From the NCBI GenBank assembly GCA_030620995.1, contig JAUXIK010000006.1, positions 137-64,136 on the forward strand: a stretch of 64,000 bases of DNA. Direction: 5' to 3'. Each line of letters opens with the position of its first letter. Position 1 is the stretch's first letter. Source of the stretch: Candidatus Aegiribacteria sp. GTDB taxonomy: Bacteria; Fermentibacterota; Fermentibacteria; Fermentibacterales; JCC-6. Of this stretch, positions 30,128 through 39,455 are shown piece by piece. The position numbers and the translations under genes are program-made. A model generated the notes under the pieces. The model did no database searches. It saw only the letters and a program-made list of their open reading frames with translations, and had not been told where the DNA came from.

Positions 30128-31348
30128 ATGATAAGGGTAACGACAGGTCTTACGATTCTATTCCTTCTTCTGATTGGGTGCGCTGAAGACAATCCCTTCA
30201 AAGCGAACTCGGATGCGGAATGGCAAAGTGGAATCGATCATCCCCACATTATTCTGGCAGGTACCGAGAGTAACGGATTCGGGAATTATCAGTTCACTGA
30301 TCTCAATCCCGAAATTGAGGGTATACAGGATGCGATAATACTCAAGTTCGATGAAGCAATGGATGCCGCGACCATTATCGCCTCCTCTTTTAATCTGATA
30401 CCCACAGATCCCGAGGGAGCGCTTTTTCAGTTCGATTCCATTGAATACTGTCTAGAGAATGAAACTGCAGTTCTCAGCGGGACATTTTCCGATGATACTG
30501 CATACCTCCTTACAGTTATTGCCGGTGGAACAAGGGATCTTGTCGGAAAAGAACTTGATCCCAATCACAATGCTCTCTACGATGGTTCTCCATGGGACGA
30601 CCGGCTGATAACTTTCGTTGCCGGTACGGCTGAAATGCGGGATATCATTTCACCTGTAATTAACAGTCATTATCCGGTTGGTGGCGGACAGGTTAATCAG
30701 AACCCCGAAATTACCATCATCTTTCTACAGGGCCCAATGGATGTTTCTCTGTTGAATCTTGATAACATCACGCTTGTCAGAACATCCGATTCCACCGCGG
30801 TCAGTCTTGAGCTGAGTTCCGCTACTGAGAATGAGATTGTTGTTGTTCCAACCGACCGTCTCAGTTATGGAACAAGGTACACCATCAGACAGTCAGCGCA
30901 GGTAGCTGATTCTACAGGCAACTATCTGGATACGGATGGTAACGGGTACATCTGGCCTGATGAGGCGGATTTCGTCTGGGACATACAGATGGAAGATGAT
31001 TCAAATACAAATGCTACCCCTCCCACTGTTGCTGCGGCGTTCAAGGCTGATAACAGCGTTGTGATCGAATTCGAGCAGAGTCTGACCGGTAACGATGTGG
31101 TAATGGATGAGATTACTTACATCGGAGCGAATATACAGATTTCAGATGATAGCAGCTCAATTCCTCTCAGGTTTGAAGGGGGAAGTAATCCAGCGACTGT
31201 ATATTGCCTCCTTCAGCGGAATTACGTTGGTTCACTAACTGTCCATGTCTCCTGCAATGTTGCCGACCAGTACGGCAATCTGCTCGATGGAAACAATGAT
31301 GGACTTGGCGGAACTCCCGGTGAGGACGACTGGTCAGGAGTTCTGTAA
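30128..31348 (+). CDS. lipoprotein with Big_5 (SbsA-Ig)-like repeats
   Basis: 'MIRVTTGLTILFLLLIGC' has a lipobox. Repeated 'ss/nitL....v....t...t.Y.i......D..GN.LD' pattern. Confidence 0.55.
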   Translation: MIRVTTGLTILFLLLIGCAEDNPFKANSDAEWQSGIDHPHIILAGTESNGFGNYQFTDLNPEIEGIQDAIILKFDEAMDAATIIASSFNLIPTDPEGALFQFDSIEYCLENETAVLSGTFSDDTAYLLTVIAGGTRDLVGKELDPNHNALYDGSPWDDRLITFVAGTAEMRDIISPVINSHYPVGGGQVNQNPEITIIFLQGPMDVSLLNLDNITLVRTSDSTAVSLELSSATENEIVVVPTDRLSYGTRYTIRQSAQVADSTGNYLDTDGNGYIWPDEADFVWDIQMEDDSNTNATPPTVAAAFKADNSVVIEFEQSLTGNDVVMDEITYIGANIQISDDSSSIPLRFEGGSNPATVYCLLQRNYVGSLTVHVSCNVADQYGNLLDGNNDGLGGTPGEDDWSGVL

Positions 31349-31354
31349 GCTGCC

Positions 31355-31852
31355 ATGATCATCAGATTTGTACTGATCATCGCTGTCATAGCCGTGCTTT
31401 CGGTTCTGGGAGTGATCCATCCTGAAGACCTGCCCTGGCAATCCAGGGAATTTCAGGTATGTGGAATCACTGTTCTTATTTACCTGTTCTGGAGCGCGGC
31501 TGAATCAAAATTCAGGGGAGGACAGGGAGGCCTCCCCTATACCGTATTCTACGCTGTTCTGCTTGTCAGCGTAGTTGATAGTTTTCTTCTCCAGCTGACA
31601 GCGTACGGTTCTCCCTGGATTCTGCGATGGGCGGGAGCAGCGCTTTTCGCAGCCGGATCAGTCATTCGCCTTGCTGCTTTCAGACACAATTCGGTTCGGG
31701 CTCTACGACTGGGAAGATTCTGCCAGCTGGCTGGATTGCCTGTTGCATTTGGCAGTATTATCGGAACTGTTGTGGCGTTATCCGCCGGTATTCCCGGTTC
31801 TCTTCATGAAGAGATTAACCTTGATACAGAGATGGAAAAAACCGAACAGTGA
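31355..31852 (+). CDS. integral membrane protein, unknown function
   Basis: Four or five hydrophobic segments. No motif recognised. Confidence 0.45.
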   Translation: MIIRFVLIIAVIAVLSVLGVIHPEDLPWQSREFQVCGITVLIYLFWSAAESKFRGGQGGLPYTVFYAVLLVSVVDSFLLQLTAYGSPWILRWAGAALFAAGSVIRLAAFRHNSVRALRLGRFCQLAGLPVAFGSIIGTVVALSAGIPGSLHEEINLDTEMEKTEQ

Positions 31853-32301
31853 AGGTTCTTCTTCAGCGTGTCTCCAGAGTGTCTGTAACAGTAAGCGAAA
31901 GAGTAGTCAGTGAAACAGGACCGGGGCTTCTGGCACTAATCGGTTTTGGCAGAGAAGATACTGATAAAGACCTGGAATGGATGTCCAGGAAAATAATGGG
32001 TCTGCGGATATTTCCTGACTCAAGTGATAATATGAATCTTTCCATATCGGACATTAATGGTGAATTAATGATTGTCAGCCAGTTTACGCTTCATGCTGAT
32101 TCAAGAAAAGGCAGACGTCCCAGCTTTATTGATGCCGCTTCCCCTGATAAGGCGGAACTTCTATATAATCTTTTTATCGAAATGCTGTCACACAGCGGTC
32201 TTACAATCCAATCCGGTATCTTCGGTGCGATGATGAATGTGGAACTTGTTAACAGTGGTCCGGTCACGATCATGATCAAATCACCGTCCGAGAGAAAGTG
32301 A
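31849..32301 (+). CDS. dtd: D-aminoacyl-tRNA deacylase
   Basis: 'VLLQRVSRVSV', 'GLLALIGFGREDT' and 'SQFTL'. 150 aa. Confidence 0.9.
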   Translation: MKVLLQRVSRVSVTVSERVVSETGPGLLALIGFGREDTDKDLEWMSRKIMGLRIFPDSSDNMNLSISDINGELMIVSQFTLHADSRKGRRPSFIDAASPDKAELLYNLFIEMLSHSGLTIQSGIFGAMMNVELVNSGPVTIMIKSPSERK

Positions 32302-32897
32302 ACAGAATCTTGTGGTTTCAGACTGAAGTCCCACTTGTTCTGGCAAGCAAGTCTCCAAGACGGAAGACAATACTGGAAATGGCGGGTATACCGTACATCC
32401 AGGCACCGGGAAACATAGACGAAGACGGCTTCAACGGCTTACCCTCGGAAGTAGTACTTCACTGGGCCAGAATGAAGGCAGAAAACGTCATGCCTTCCTG
32501 GAATGATCATCCCATTCTGGGAGCGGACACAATGGTTGCCATCGGAGATAAGCTGCTCGGAAAGCCTGAAAATGCAGCCCGGGCAGAAGATATGCTGACG
32601 CAGCTGTCTGGAAGATGGCATAGTGTTTACGGGGGTGTCTGTATCATCTGGCCTGAAAGGGGAATTGATTTTGAATTTGTCGAATCTACGAGAGTTCATT
32701 TCAGAACGCTTTCCGCGGAAGAGATAAGGATGTACGTTTCATCAGGTGAGCCGATGGATAAGGCTGGAGCCTACGGCATACAGGGATTGGGGTGTGCGCT
32801 TGTAGATCGAGTGGATGGATGCTATTTCAATGTAATGGGTTTACCGATCGCCCGGCTTGTTCATGAATTCAGGATTCGGTTGATGAATGAAGTGTAA
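32298..32897 (+). CDS. maf: Maf-like nucleoside triphosphate pyrophosphatase
   Basis: 'LVLASKSPRRKTILEMAGIPY' and 'DKAGAYGIQG'. Confidence 0.85.
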   Translation: MNRILWFQTEVPLVLASKSPRRKTILEMAGIPYIQAPGNIDEDGFNGLPSEVVLHWARMKAENVMPSWNDHPILGADTMVAIGDKLLGKPENAARAEDMLTQLSGRWHSVYGGVCIIWPERGIDFEFVESTRVHFRTLSAEEIRMYVSSGEPMDKAGAYGIQGLGCALVDRVDGCYFNVMGLPIARLVHEFRIRLMNEV

Positions 32898-32898
32898 A

Positions 32899-32991
32899 AT
32901 GTCTCTTATTGCATACTGTGGGTTGAACTGCGAAGAATGTATGGCTTACACGGCAAAGGCGGTTTTAGCCCGTATTCGCGAAGCGAAGTAG
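32899..32991 (+). CDS. 30-codon ORF resembling the N-terminus of DUF3795 proteins (possible remnant)
   Basis: 'MSLIAYCGLNCEECMAYTAK' matches my recollection of the DUF3795 start (CGxxCxxC). Full-length members are more than 100 aa. No clear RBS. Ends 15 nt before hairpin H2. Confidence 0.25.
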   Translation: MSLIAYCGLNCEECMAYTAKAVLARIREAK

Positions 32992-33006
32992 TTTTTGCAC
33001 AGGTAT

Positions 33007-33063
33007 AAGTTGAAGAAGTGTGGTGCGTCCCCGTGCAGGGGACGCACCACACTTCTTCAACTT
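33007..33063. repeat. long palindromic hairpin H2 (26-bp perfect stem, 5-nt loop)
   Basis: aagttgaagaagtgtggtgcgtcccc (33007-33032) pairs with ggggacgcaccacacttcttcaactt (33038-33063). All 26 pairs were checked by hand. Confidence 0.85.
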
Positions 33064-33267
33064 GCTTGATAAATATCGGAACTGTGTATTCAAGATTACC
33101 TTTTGATAAGACCAATTTCACTGCATAGTTCTTCCATCTGCGGAATCCTTCTATTTTCTCTATCTCTTTCAAGAGAGACGGTATTTCTCTGCAGGGAGGG
33201 TTGACCGGGTGAATTCCAGGTATAGATTTGCAAAAGTTCGAACATTCACAAACAGAAACGGATAATT

Positions 33268-33909
33268 TTGACAGGCAGAAAAATTTCAGAGAAAACCATC
33301 AGGCGCCTCAGTCACTATGCGCGGTGTCTCAGGCATACCAGAATCAAAGGGAAAAAAATAGTTACATCAGAATATCTGGCGAAAAGATGCAGTATTTCTT
33401 CAGCGGGAGTAAGAAAGGATCTTGCTGTATTCGGAGAGTTTGGGAAACAGGGCTCCGGATACGATGTTCAGGAACTCCTTGCGAACATTGAGAAGATACT
33501 GGGAACCGGGAAACCTTTGCATGTTATTGTGATAGGGGCAGGCAATATTGGTCAAGCTCTCCTTGAGTCCGGTCTTGAAGGTACCGGCGGATACAGCTAC
33601 TCAGCAATTTTCGATAGTGATCCTGAAAAACAAGGGAAGATCTATGCCGGGATTGCCGTTCAACCGATGAAGGAACTTCGGGAAACAATCAGAGAACTTG
33701 GTGACAATATCGCGGTGATTGCAGTTCCCGATGGTGAGGGGCAGAAATGTGTAGATCAGCTTGTGGAAGCCGGGTGTAATGCGATTCTGAGTTTTGTGCT
33801 GGAACCTCTGGATGTTCCGGAAGGTGTAAAGTTACGATACATAGAAATTTCCACAGAACTGGATATACTAACTCACTCACTTATGCGTACCGGCAGAATT
33901 GGAAGATGA
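33268..33909 (+). CDS. rex: redox-sensing transcriptional repressor Rex
   Basis: Winged-helix 'ISEKTIRRLSHYARCL...VTSEYLA...VRKDLAVFGEFGKQGSGYDV' plus Rossmann 'VIVIGAGNIGQAL'. TTG start. Confidence 0.8.
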   Translation: MTGRKISEKTIRRLSHYARCLRHTRIKGKKIVTSEYLAKRCSISSAGVRKDLAVFGEFGKQGSGYDVQELLANIEKILGTGKPLHVIVIGAGNIGQALLESGLEGTGGYSYSAIFDSDPEKQGKIYAGIAVQPMKELRETIRELGDNIAVIAVPDGEGQKCVDQLVEAGCNAILSFVLEPLDVPEGVKLRYIEISTELDILTHSLMRTGRIGR

Positions 33910-33969
33910 ACCGTCTCCAGACTTTCTTCCTTCTGCAACACTGCTTATCTTTATACTCGAAGGAGCGAT

Positions 33970-34494
33970 ATGGAAGGTCGGTTTCAGTTATACACCGGTA
34001 ATGGAAAAGGCAAGACCACAGCTGCTATAGGACTCGCTGTCAGAGCCGCCTGCTCCGGTATGAAGGTTTACATAGGTCAGTTCATGAAGGGGCAGGATTA
34101 CTCTGAACTGGTTCTCTCTGAACATTTTCCTGAAACTATTACTATAGAGCAGTATGGTACTCCAAAACTGCTGTGCAAGGGTGAGAAACCTACAGCTGAG
34201 GATACAGCCGCTGCCCGGAACGGTCTTCTCAAATTGAAGAAAGCCATGCTATCAGGCAGGTATGACATGATAATAGCAGATGAGCTTAACGTAACCGTTT
34301 ACCTTGGCCTTCTTGATAAAGAAACCGTACTGGAAGTACTTAAGAAGCGCCCGGACAATGTCGAGCTTGTTGTAACAGGCAGATACGCTCCTGACAGTTT
34401 TATAGATCTGGCTGATCTTGTGACAGAAATGAGGGAGGTTAAACATTACTATGAAACAGAAAACCTTCCAGCCCGAAGAGGAATAGAAAATTAG
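33970..34494 (+). CDS. cobO: cob(I)yrinic acid a,c-diamide adenosyltransferase (CobO/BtuR type)
   Basis: 'YTGNGKGKTTAAIGLAVRA' P-loop, 'DELN' and 'TGR'. 174 aa. Confidence 0.8.
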   Translation: MEGRFQLYTGNGKGKTTAAIGLAVRAACSGMKVYIGQFMKGQDYSELVLSEHFPETITIEQYGTPKLLCKGEKPTAEDTAAARNGLLKLKKAMLSGRYDMIIADELNVTVYLGLLDKETVLEVLKKRPDNVELVVTGRYAPDSFIDLADLVTEMREVKHYYETENLPARRGIEN

Positions 34495-34563
34495 GGTCAA
34501 ACCTTGTATTTTAACATTTTCATCATATTAATAGTGTTATATAATATTAATAGGAGGTAAAAC

Positions 34564-35127
34564 ATGAAAATTGCTATCCTGTTCCTTGTACTGTTGTGCG
34601 CACTCGTTGCTGCGTCTGAGAGAAGCGAGCTTGAAATGAGTTTCGGCGGGGGTGTCTGGATGCCTTCACTGTTCGATTCCGATACACAGCTGAACCCTGG
34701 CCTCGCATTTGTGCTATCAATACAGATACCACCTTCTCTTGGTAACTGCTTCATTATTGAAACCGGATACTTGAGTGTTACCTCAGACAGAGATAACTGG
34801 AAGGGTGTTACCGGTCTACCTTTGACAATTGGATACAGAACATATCCATTCTATAGAAAATATGCGGGACCGAGGGGAATTGAACCGTTACTGGGTATAT
34901 ATGGAGGCGGAATTTTTCTATGGGATAGAGCAGATGAAAATCAGGACAGTAAGAAAACAGGAGCCGCTGTAATCGGAGCTGAAATAGGAGCAAGGATAAT
35001 GCTGGGTGGATCAACTTCCCTTGATCTCGTTGTTTCTCCGGAATGGGTACCTGCTGGTTCTGCTCTTGCAGGGGAGTCGAACAAGGATTTCTCCGGATTG
35101 AAGATACTTGCTTCTATTGTCTTCTGA
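34564..35127 (+). CDS. small outer-membrane beta-barrel protein
   Basis: Signal peptide 'MKIAILFLVLLCALVAA'. Alternating hydrophobic pattern. Ends '...LASIVF'. Confidence 0.5.
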   Translation: MKIAILFLVLLCALVAASERSELEMSFGGGVWMPSLFDSDTQLNPGLAFVLSIQIPPSLGNCFIIETGYLSVTSDRDNWKGVTGLPLTIGYRTYPFYRKYAGPRGIEPLLGIYGGGIFLWDRADENQDSKKTGAAVIGAEIGARIMLGGSTSLDLVVSPEWVPAGSALAGESNKDFSGLKILASIVF

Positions 35128-35238
35128 TCGGTGCTTGAATTCTGAGTGGTTATAGAATAAAACAGTGTAAAACGCAAATAATATCCTATTTATCTATAAT
35201 ATAAATTCGATATATGTCCATTAGATTGACCAAACAGA

Positions 35239-36276
35239 CTACGTCCCTAGTTGGCCGCAGGCTGCCGCGACATCGGCTCCTCTTGAACGGCGCAGTGTAA
35301 CAGCCTGGCATCTGGGGTAAAGGTAACTCATGAACTTCTCTACGACATCACTGGCGGGTCTTTTGAAATCAGCTCCTTCAATACGGTTATAAAGCAGAAG
35401 GTTGATTTTGCATTCAAGATCCTTCGTAAATTCCACAAGAGCTTCAGCTTCTTCAATTGTATCGTTAACACCTTCAATAAGGCAATACTCAAGTGTAACC
35501 CTTCTGCCTTTTTCCTGATTGTACTCAAGAATGTCCTGTTTGAGTCTGTGAAGAGGTAGAGCCCTTGAAGCAGGTACCAGCATTCTTCTCGTTTTCTCCA
35601 CAGCGCTGTGAAGAGAGACTGCAAGACCGTACTGCCCTGGAAGATTGGCCAGCTTCTCAATACCACCCGGCAAACCGACCGTGGATATTGTGATTTTTCT
35701 TGATCCGATACAGATACCACTGTCATCGCTGATGATGGAAAGCGCATCACGTACATCGTCAAAGTTATCCATGGGTTCGCCCATTCCCATGAAGACCACA
35801 TTGCTGATTCGTGTCTCAGTCGTACTTCGCAGCTGATAGAGCTGAGAAACAATTTCATCAGTGGTGAGATTTCTCGTTAAACCCATTTTTCCTGTCTGAC
35901 AGAAAATACAGCCAATCCTGCACCCGACCTGAGTTGAAAGGCATGCTGTAAGCCTGGGAGGATCCGGTATCAGTACAGATTCAATTCTGTTATCATCACA
36001 TAATAAATAGGAATATTTAATTGTTCCATCTTCTGCTGAAAGTGAGCTGTCAGTTCGGAGAGTTGTTATCACAGCCTGAGTTTCAAGCAGCTCCCTGGTA
36101 CTCCTGGATAAATTTGTCATCTGCTGAAACACAGTGGCTCCTCTAAGATGAATCCAGGAGAAGATCTGGTTTGCTCTGAAAGGCTTCATATCCATGTTCT
36201 CAGATAGCCAGAATTTCAGTTGTTCGTATGTTAGACCGGATAGCTTGATTCTTCCATGGTTATCGTTTCTGAGCAT
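35239..36276 (-). CDS. rlmN: 23S rRNA/tRNA (adenine-C2)-methyltransferase, radical SAM
   Basis: 'FRANQIFSWI', radical SAM cluster 'GCRIGCIFCQTG' and 'GMGEP'. Confidence 0.9.
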   Translation of the reverse strand: MLRNDNHGRIKLSGLTYEQLKFWLSENMDMKPFRANQIFSWIHLRGATVFQQMTNLSRSTRELLETQAVITTLRTDSSLSAEDGTIKYSYLLCDDNRIESVLIPDPPRLTACLSTQVGCRIGCIFCQTGKMGLTRNLTTDEIVSQLYQLRSTTETRISNVVFMGMGEPMDNFDDVRDALSIISDDSGICIGSRKITISTVGLPGGIEKLANLPGQYGLAVSLHSAVEKTRRMLVPASRALPLHRLKQDILEYNQEKGRRVTLEYCLIEGVNDTIEEAEALVEFTKDLECKINLLLYNRIEGADFKRPASDVVEKFMSYLYPRCQAVTLRRSRGADVAAACGQLGT

Positions 36277-36293
36277 GTTACTTTAAACTACCT

Positions 36294-36322
36294 TTCAAAC
36301 AGTTGTATAAGTTATATATAAT
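36294..36322 (+). promoter_or_regulatory. candidate promoter TTCAAA-N17-TATAAT
   Basis: ttcaaa at 36294-36299 and tataat at 36317-36322, 42 nt upstream of the mtnP ATG. Confidence 0.35.
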
Positions 36323-36363
36323 CTCTATACATGCAAGTGCCTTTTTGCCAAGAACGGAGAATA

Positions 36364-37230
36364 ATGAAAAACCGCATCGGGATAATAGGGGGCTCCGGAG
36401 TTTACTCGTTTGACGGAGTCAGAATCGAAGGAGAACTGAATACCGAAACTCCCTTTGGAAGACCGTCAGCGCCTCTGATTCTGGCTGAATACGATGGAAT
36501 CCCTTTAGTTTTTCTTCCACGACATGGCGAGGGTCATATACTGTCTCCCTCCGAAGTTCCATATGCAGCGAATATATATGCAATGAAACATATTGGCGTA
36601 CGAAAGATCATCTCGGTATCAGCTGTTGGAAGTCTTCAGGAGAAGTATCACCCCAGACACTTTGTTATTCCGGATCAACTTTTCGACAGAACAAAGGGAA
36701 TAAGAAGATCGACTTACTTTGGCGGCGGATTAGTTGCTCACATAGGATTTGGTGATCCCTTCTGTCAGGAGTTATCCGGGATCCTTGCCAGTTCAGCGGA
36801 AGAAGCAGATGCTACAGTACATAGAGGTGGAACTCTTGTCTGTATGGAAGGACCTGCTTTTTCCACAAGGGCTGAGAGTGATATTTACCGCCATCAGGGG
36901 CATGCTATTATAGGCATGACCGCACTTCCAGAGGCTAAACTTGCAAGGGAAGCAGGGATATGCTATTCGATTCTTGGATTGGTTACAGACTACGATGTTT
37001 GGCATGAATCAGAGGAAGATGTCTCAGTTGAAGCTGTAATGGCAAACATCAGGGTGAATACTGCTCGGGCAAGGAGAACGATTGAGAACGCGCTGAAAAA
37101 GATGGATCCTGATGATACGGAGTGCAACTGCCACGGAGGGGCAGAGGCAATCGAGAGTTCGATCATAACAACTCCCGAAAATCGAAGTTATCTGGCAAAG
37201 GAACATCTTAAAATCATTCTTGAGAGATAG
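36364..37230 (+). CDS. mtnP: S-methyl-5'-thioadenosine phosphorylase
   Basis: 'IGIIGGSG', 'FLPRHGEGH' and 'VSAVGSL'. ATG 36364 follows GGAGA. Confidence 0.85.
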   Translation: MKNRIGIIGGSGVYSFDGVRIEGELNTETPFGRPSAPLILAEYDGIPLVFLPRHGEGHILSPSEVPYAANIYAMKHIGVRKIISVSAVGSLQEKYHPRHFVIPDQLFDRTKGIRRSTYFGGGLVAHIGFGDPFCQELSGILASSAEEADATVHRGGTLVCMEGPAFSTRAESDIYRHQGHAIIGMTALPEAKLAREAGICYSILGLVTDYDVWHESEEDVSVEAVMANIRVNTARARRTIENALKKMDPDDTECNCHGGAEAIESSIITTPENRSYLAKEHLKIILER

Positions 37231-37236
37231 GTTTTC

Positions 37237-38208
37237 TTGACTGGTTTAACTGCAGGTGATATCGGAGAGAGAGGTCTGATACGAAGGCTGAGGGATACCT
37301 TTCCATCACTCAGTCTTATCGGTGATGACAGCAGTATTCTTCCAGCTCTCCAGTGTCCCGTTGTGACTACGGACAGCTTTTTTGAGGGATCCCATTTCTA
37401 TCGCTGGTGGGCACCGCCGGAGGTTCTCGGACGACGATTGCTTGAAGCGACACTATCGGATATCGCAGCCATGGGTGCTTCTCCCCGATGGATTCTTGTC
37501 GCAGTCACATTACCGCCCGGTTTGAAGATTGATTGGATTGAACGATTCTACAAAGGGTTGATGGAGAGAGAGGACTGTGTTATTGCCGGAGGAGAAACAA
37601 TCCGGGGGAGTAATTTCGGAATCACACTTACCGCAGTTGGTGAAGGAGATAACTCCGAAACTCTTTTAAGAAGATCAACGCTGCGACCGGACGACAATCT
37701 CTGGCTTTCCGGACCGATTGGCAGGGCACTTGATGCTCCTGCAATACTCGAGAAAACAGGTGGTCTTGAAGGCGAGAATCTGAAACCTCGCTCCTGGAAA
37801 ATTTCAGCGGACAGACTGGAACAGGTGAGAGCCTTTCTGCTTCCTCGGGCTGAGCTTGAACTGGCAGCGGAGCTTAGAAGAAGGGGAGTGCGGTGCGGGA
37901 TTGATATTTCCGATGGTCTGTTTTCCGAAGCTGCTCATCTCGCCTCGGAGAGTATGGTTGATGTTGTTCTTGATATTGATGAATCAATTTTCTACAACTC
38001 GGTGAAAGGCAGACCTCTTGAGGCCGCTTCATCCGGGGAAGATTTTGTTCTGCTTTTCAGTGCGCCTGAGCAGAGTGAATTTACATCTGAAGGATGTAAA
38101 AAAGTCGGTTACGCAAAAGAAGGCGTTGGGATAGTGAGTGTTTTGATAAATGGAAGATCAGTTAATGTGGAAAAAACCGGATACGATCATCTGGAGGTTT
38201 TGAAATGA
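37237..38208 (+). CDS. thiL: thiamine-monophosphate kinase
   Basis: 'GERGLIRRL', 'IGDDSSIL', 'TTDSFFEGSHF' and 'LSDIAAMGA'. TTG start. Confidence 0.85.
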   Translation: MTGLTAGDIGERGLIRRLRDTFPSLSLIGDDSSILPALQCPVVTTDSFFEGSHFYRWWAPPEVLGRRLLEATLSDIAAMGASPRWILVAVTLPPGLKIDWIERFYKGLMEREDCVIAGGETIRGSNFGITLTAVGEGDNSETLLRRSTLRPDDNLWLSGPIGRALDAPAILEKTGGLEGENLKPRSWKISADRLEQVRAFLLPRAELELAAELRRRGVRCGIDISDGLFSEAAHLASESMVDVVLDIDESIFYNSVKGRPLEAASSGEDFVLLFSAPEQSEFTSEGCKKVGYAKEGVGIVSVLINGRSVNVEKTGYDHLEVLK

Positions 38209-38462
38209 CGGAAGAAAAGGATACGACAACAAAGGAATTTAATATTTGTGGCAAGGACATCATTGCCAAATTGAGAGAGCTTGTTCATCAGGGTAATGTA
38301 AGGCATATCATCATAAAGAACAAAGATGGAAAAATCCTGATTGAAGTACCGTTAACATTGGGCGCTGTAGGGGTGGCACTGCTTCCAATATGGGCTGCAA
38401 TCGGAACAATCACTGCTCTGGTGGCTGAATGTACTATCCTGGTGAATATTGTAGAAAAATAG
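38205..38462 (+). CDS. DUF4342-like small protein
   Basis: 'GNVRHIIIKNKDGKILIEVPLTLGAVGVALLPIWAAIG' pattern. Confidence 0.55.
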   Translation: MTEEKDTTTKEFNICGKDIIAKLRELVHQGNVRHIIIKNKDGKILIEVPLTLGAVGVALLPIWAAIGTITALVAECTILVNIVEK

Positions 38463-38501
38463 CGCGTACTGATACTTGCAATCCGGAAGTTCTATTTCCG
38501 T

Positions 38502-39407
38502 TTACTGTATCCAGCTGAAAGGAACCATCCCCAGGTAGAATCTGCTAATAACTATATCCGGATCCTGAGGTGATTCCAGCCTGATCGTTGTCATTCTGTC
38601 GATCGTACTAACGGGAATTCTGAAGACCAGCAATCTGTCTCCATGCCATTCACCGCTCAGAACATAATCTTCCCACGTGTTCCACAGGTCATTGAGTTCA
38701 TCGGATTTCATGTCTCCATTTGACCATTCACAGAGCGTCTCCATTACAGTTTTCCGTGAGTACGGAACCATCTCCGGCGAACTGTTTGCTATCTCATCCG
38801 CTCCGCAGAGCGTTATCTTAATCTGATTATTTTCATTTGAAAAGACCAGCACCTGGCCTTCAAACGAGGAATCGAGACCTCTCCTGCGGGTGAAAGGATA
38901 TGGAGGGTTATCTACATCAAACGGGATTGAGCATTCGTAGAAGATGAATCGGTCCATTATCCCGTTTCCGAAATCCAGTACATGAGCAGCCCCGTTCCTC
39001 CATTCATCCATCGCCCATCCGGAACAGGTTCGATTCTCCGGAAGAACTGATGGTGGAAGCTCGTATTCCCCCATGTTGCATCCCGAAAGAATACTCCACG
39101 TGATTGTGAAATCATCAGGGTTGAAATCATCCGGGCAAGGAAAAACCTCGGTGAAGTGTCCTGATGAGAGTTCTACTGTGAATTGCGCATCATGGAAATC
39201 ATGTCCGTAAAAGTAGACTACCGGAGCTTTGTCATCCAGGGACGGAGAATTCCAGGGGTGCGATGAGTATTCCTGGTCCGGAACGCTCTCGATAAACATT
39301 TCCTCGGAGATGGTTATCACTCCCCACTCGTGTATGATTACGCTGTTCCAGTCATCTGGAGCAATAATAGTATCGACTAGAGCCGCGGCAAACATCAGAG
39401 GGATCAT
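38502..39407 (-). CDS. unknown-family protein, paralog A of tandem pair
   Basis: RBS AAGGAG. Shares blocks with paralog B: MFAAALVDT, HEWG.IT, APVVYFYG, F.YEC, ETLC.W..G.MKSDE.N..W.TWED, LLVF and SRFY.G. Confidence 0.6.
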   Translation of the reverse strand: MIPLMFAAALVDTIIAPDDWNSVIIHEWGVITISEEMFIESVPDQEYSSHPWNSPSLDDKAPVVYFYGHDFHDAQFTVELSSGHFTEVFPCPDDFNPDDFTITWSILSGCNMGEYELPPSVLPENRTCSGWAMDEWRNGAAHVLDFGNGIMDRFIFYECSIPFDVDNPPYPFTRRRGLDSSFEGQVLVFSNENNQIKITLCGADEIANSSPEMVPYSRKTVMETLCEWSNGDMKSDELNDLWNTWEDYVLSGEWHGDRLLVFRIPVSTIDRMTTIRLESPQDPDIVISRFYLGMVPFSWIQ

Positions 39408-39455
39408 AATCCACTCCTTTCATTTACTTATCCGGATTGAGCAATCCTGAAAACG

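Noticed and set aside
32906-33172. 88-aa minus-strand ORF in the maf-rex spacer
   Set aside because: It reads straight through both arms of the 26-bp hairpin H2. It has no RBS or motif, so it is most likely non-coding.
33227-33252. Possible Rex operator upstream of rex (contains an exact TTCACAA half-site)
   Set aside because: The partner half-site at the expected 6-nt spacing does not resemble TTGTGAA, so only a half-site is present. That is not enough to call an operator.
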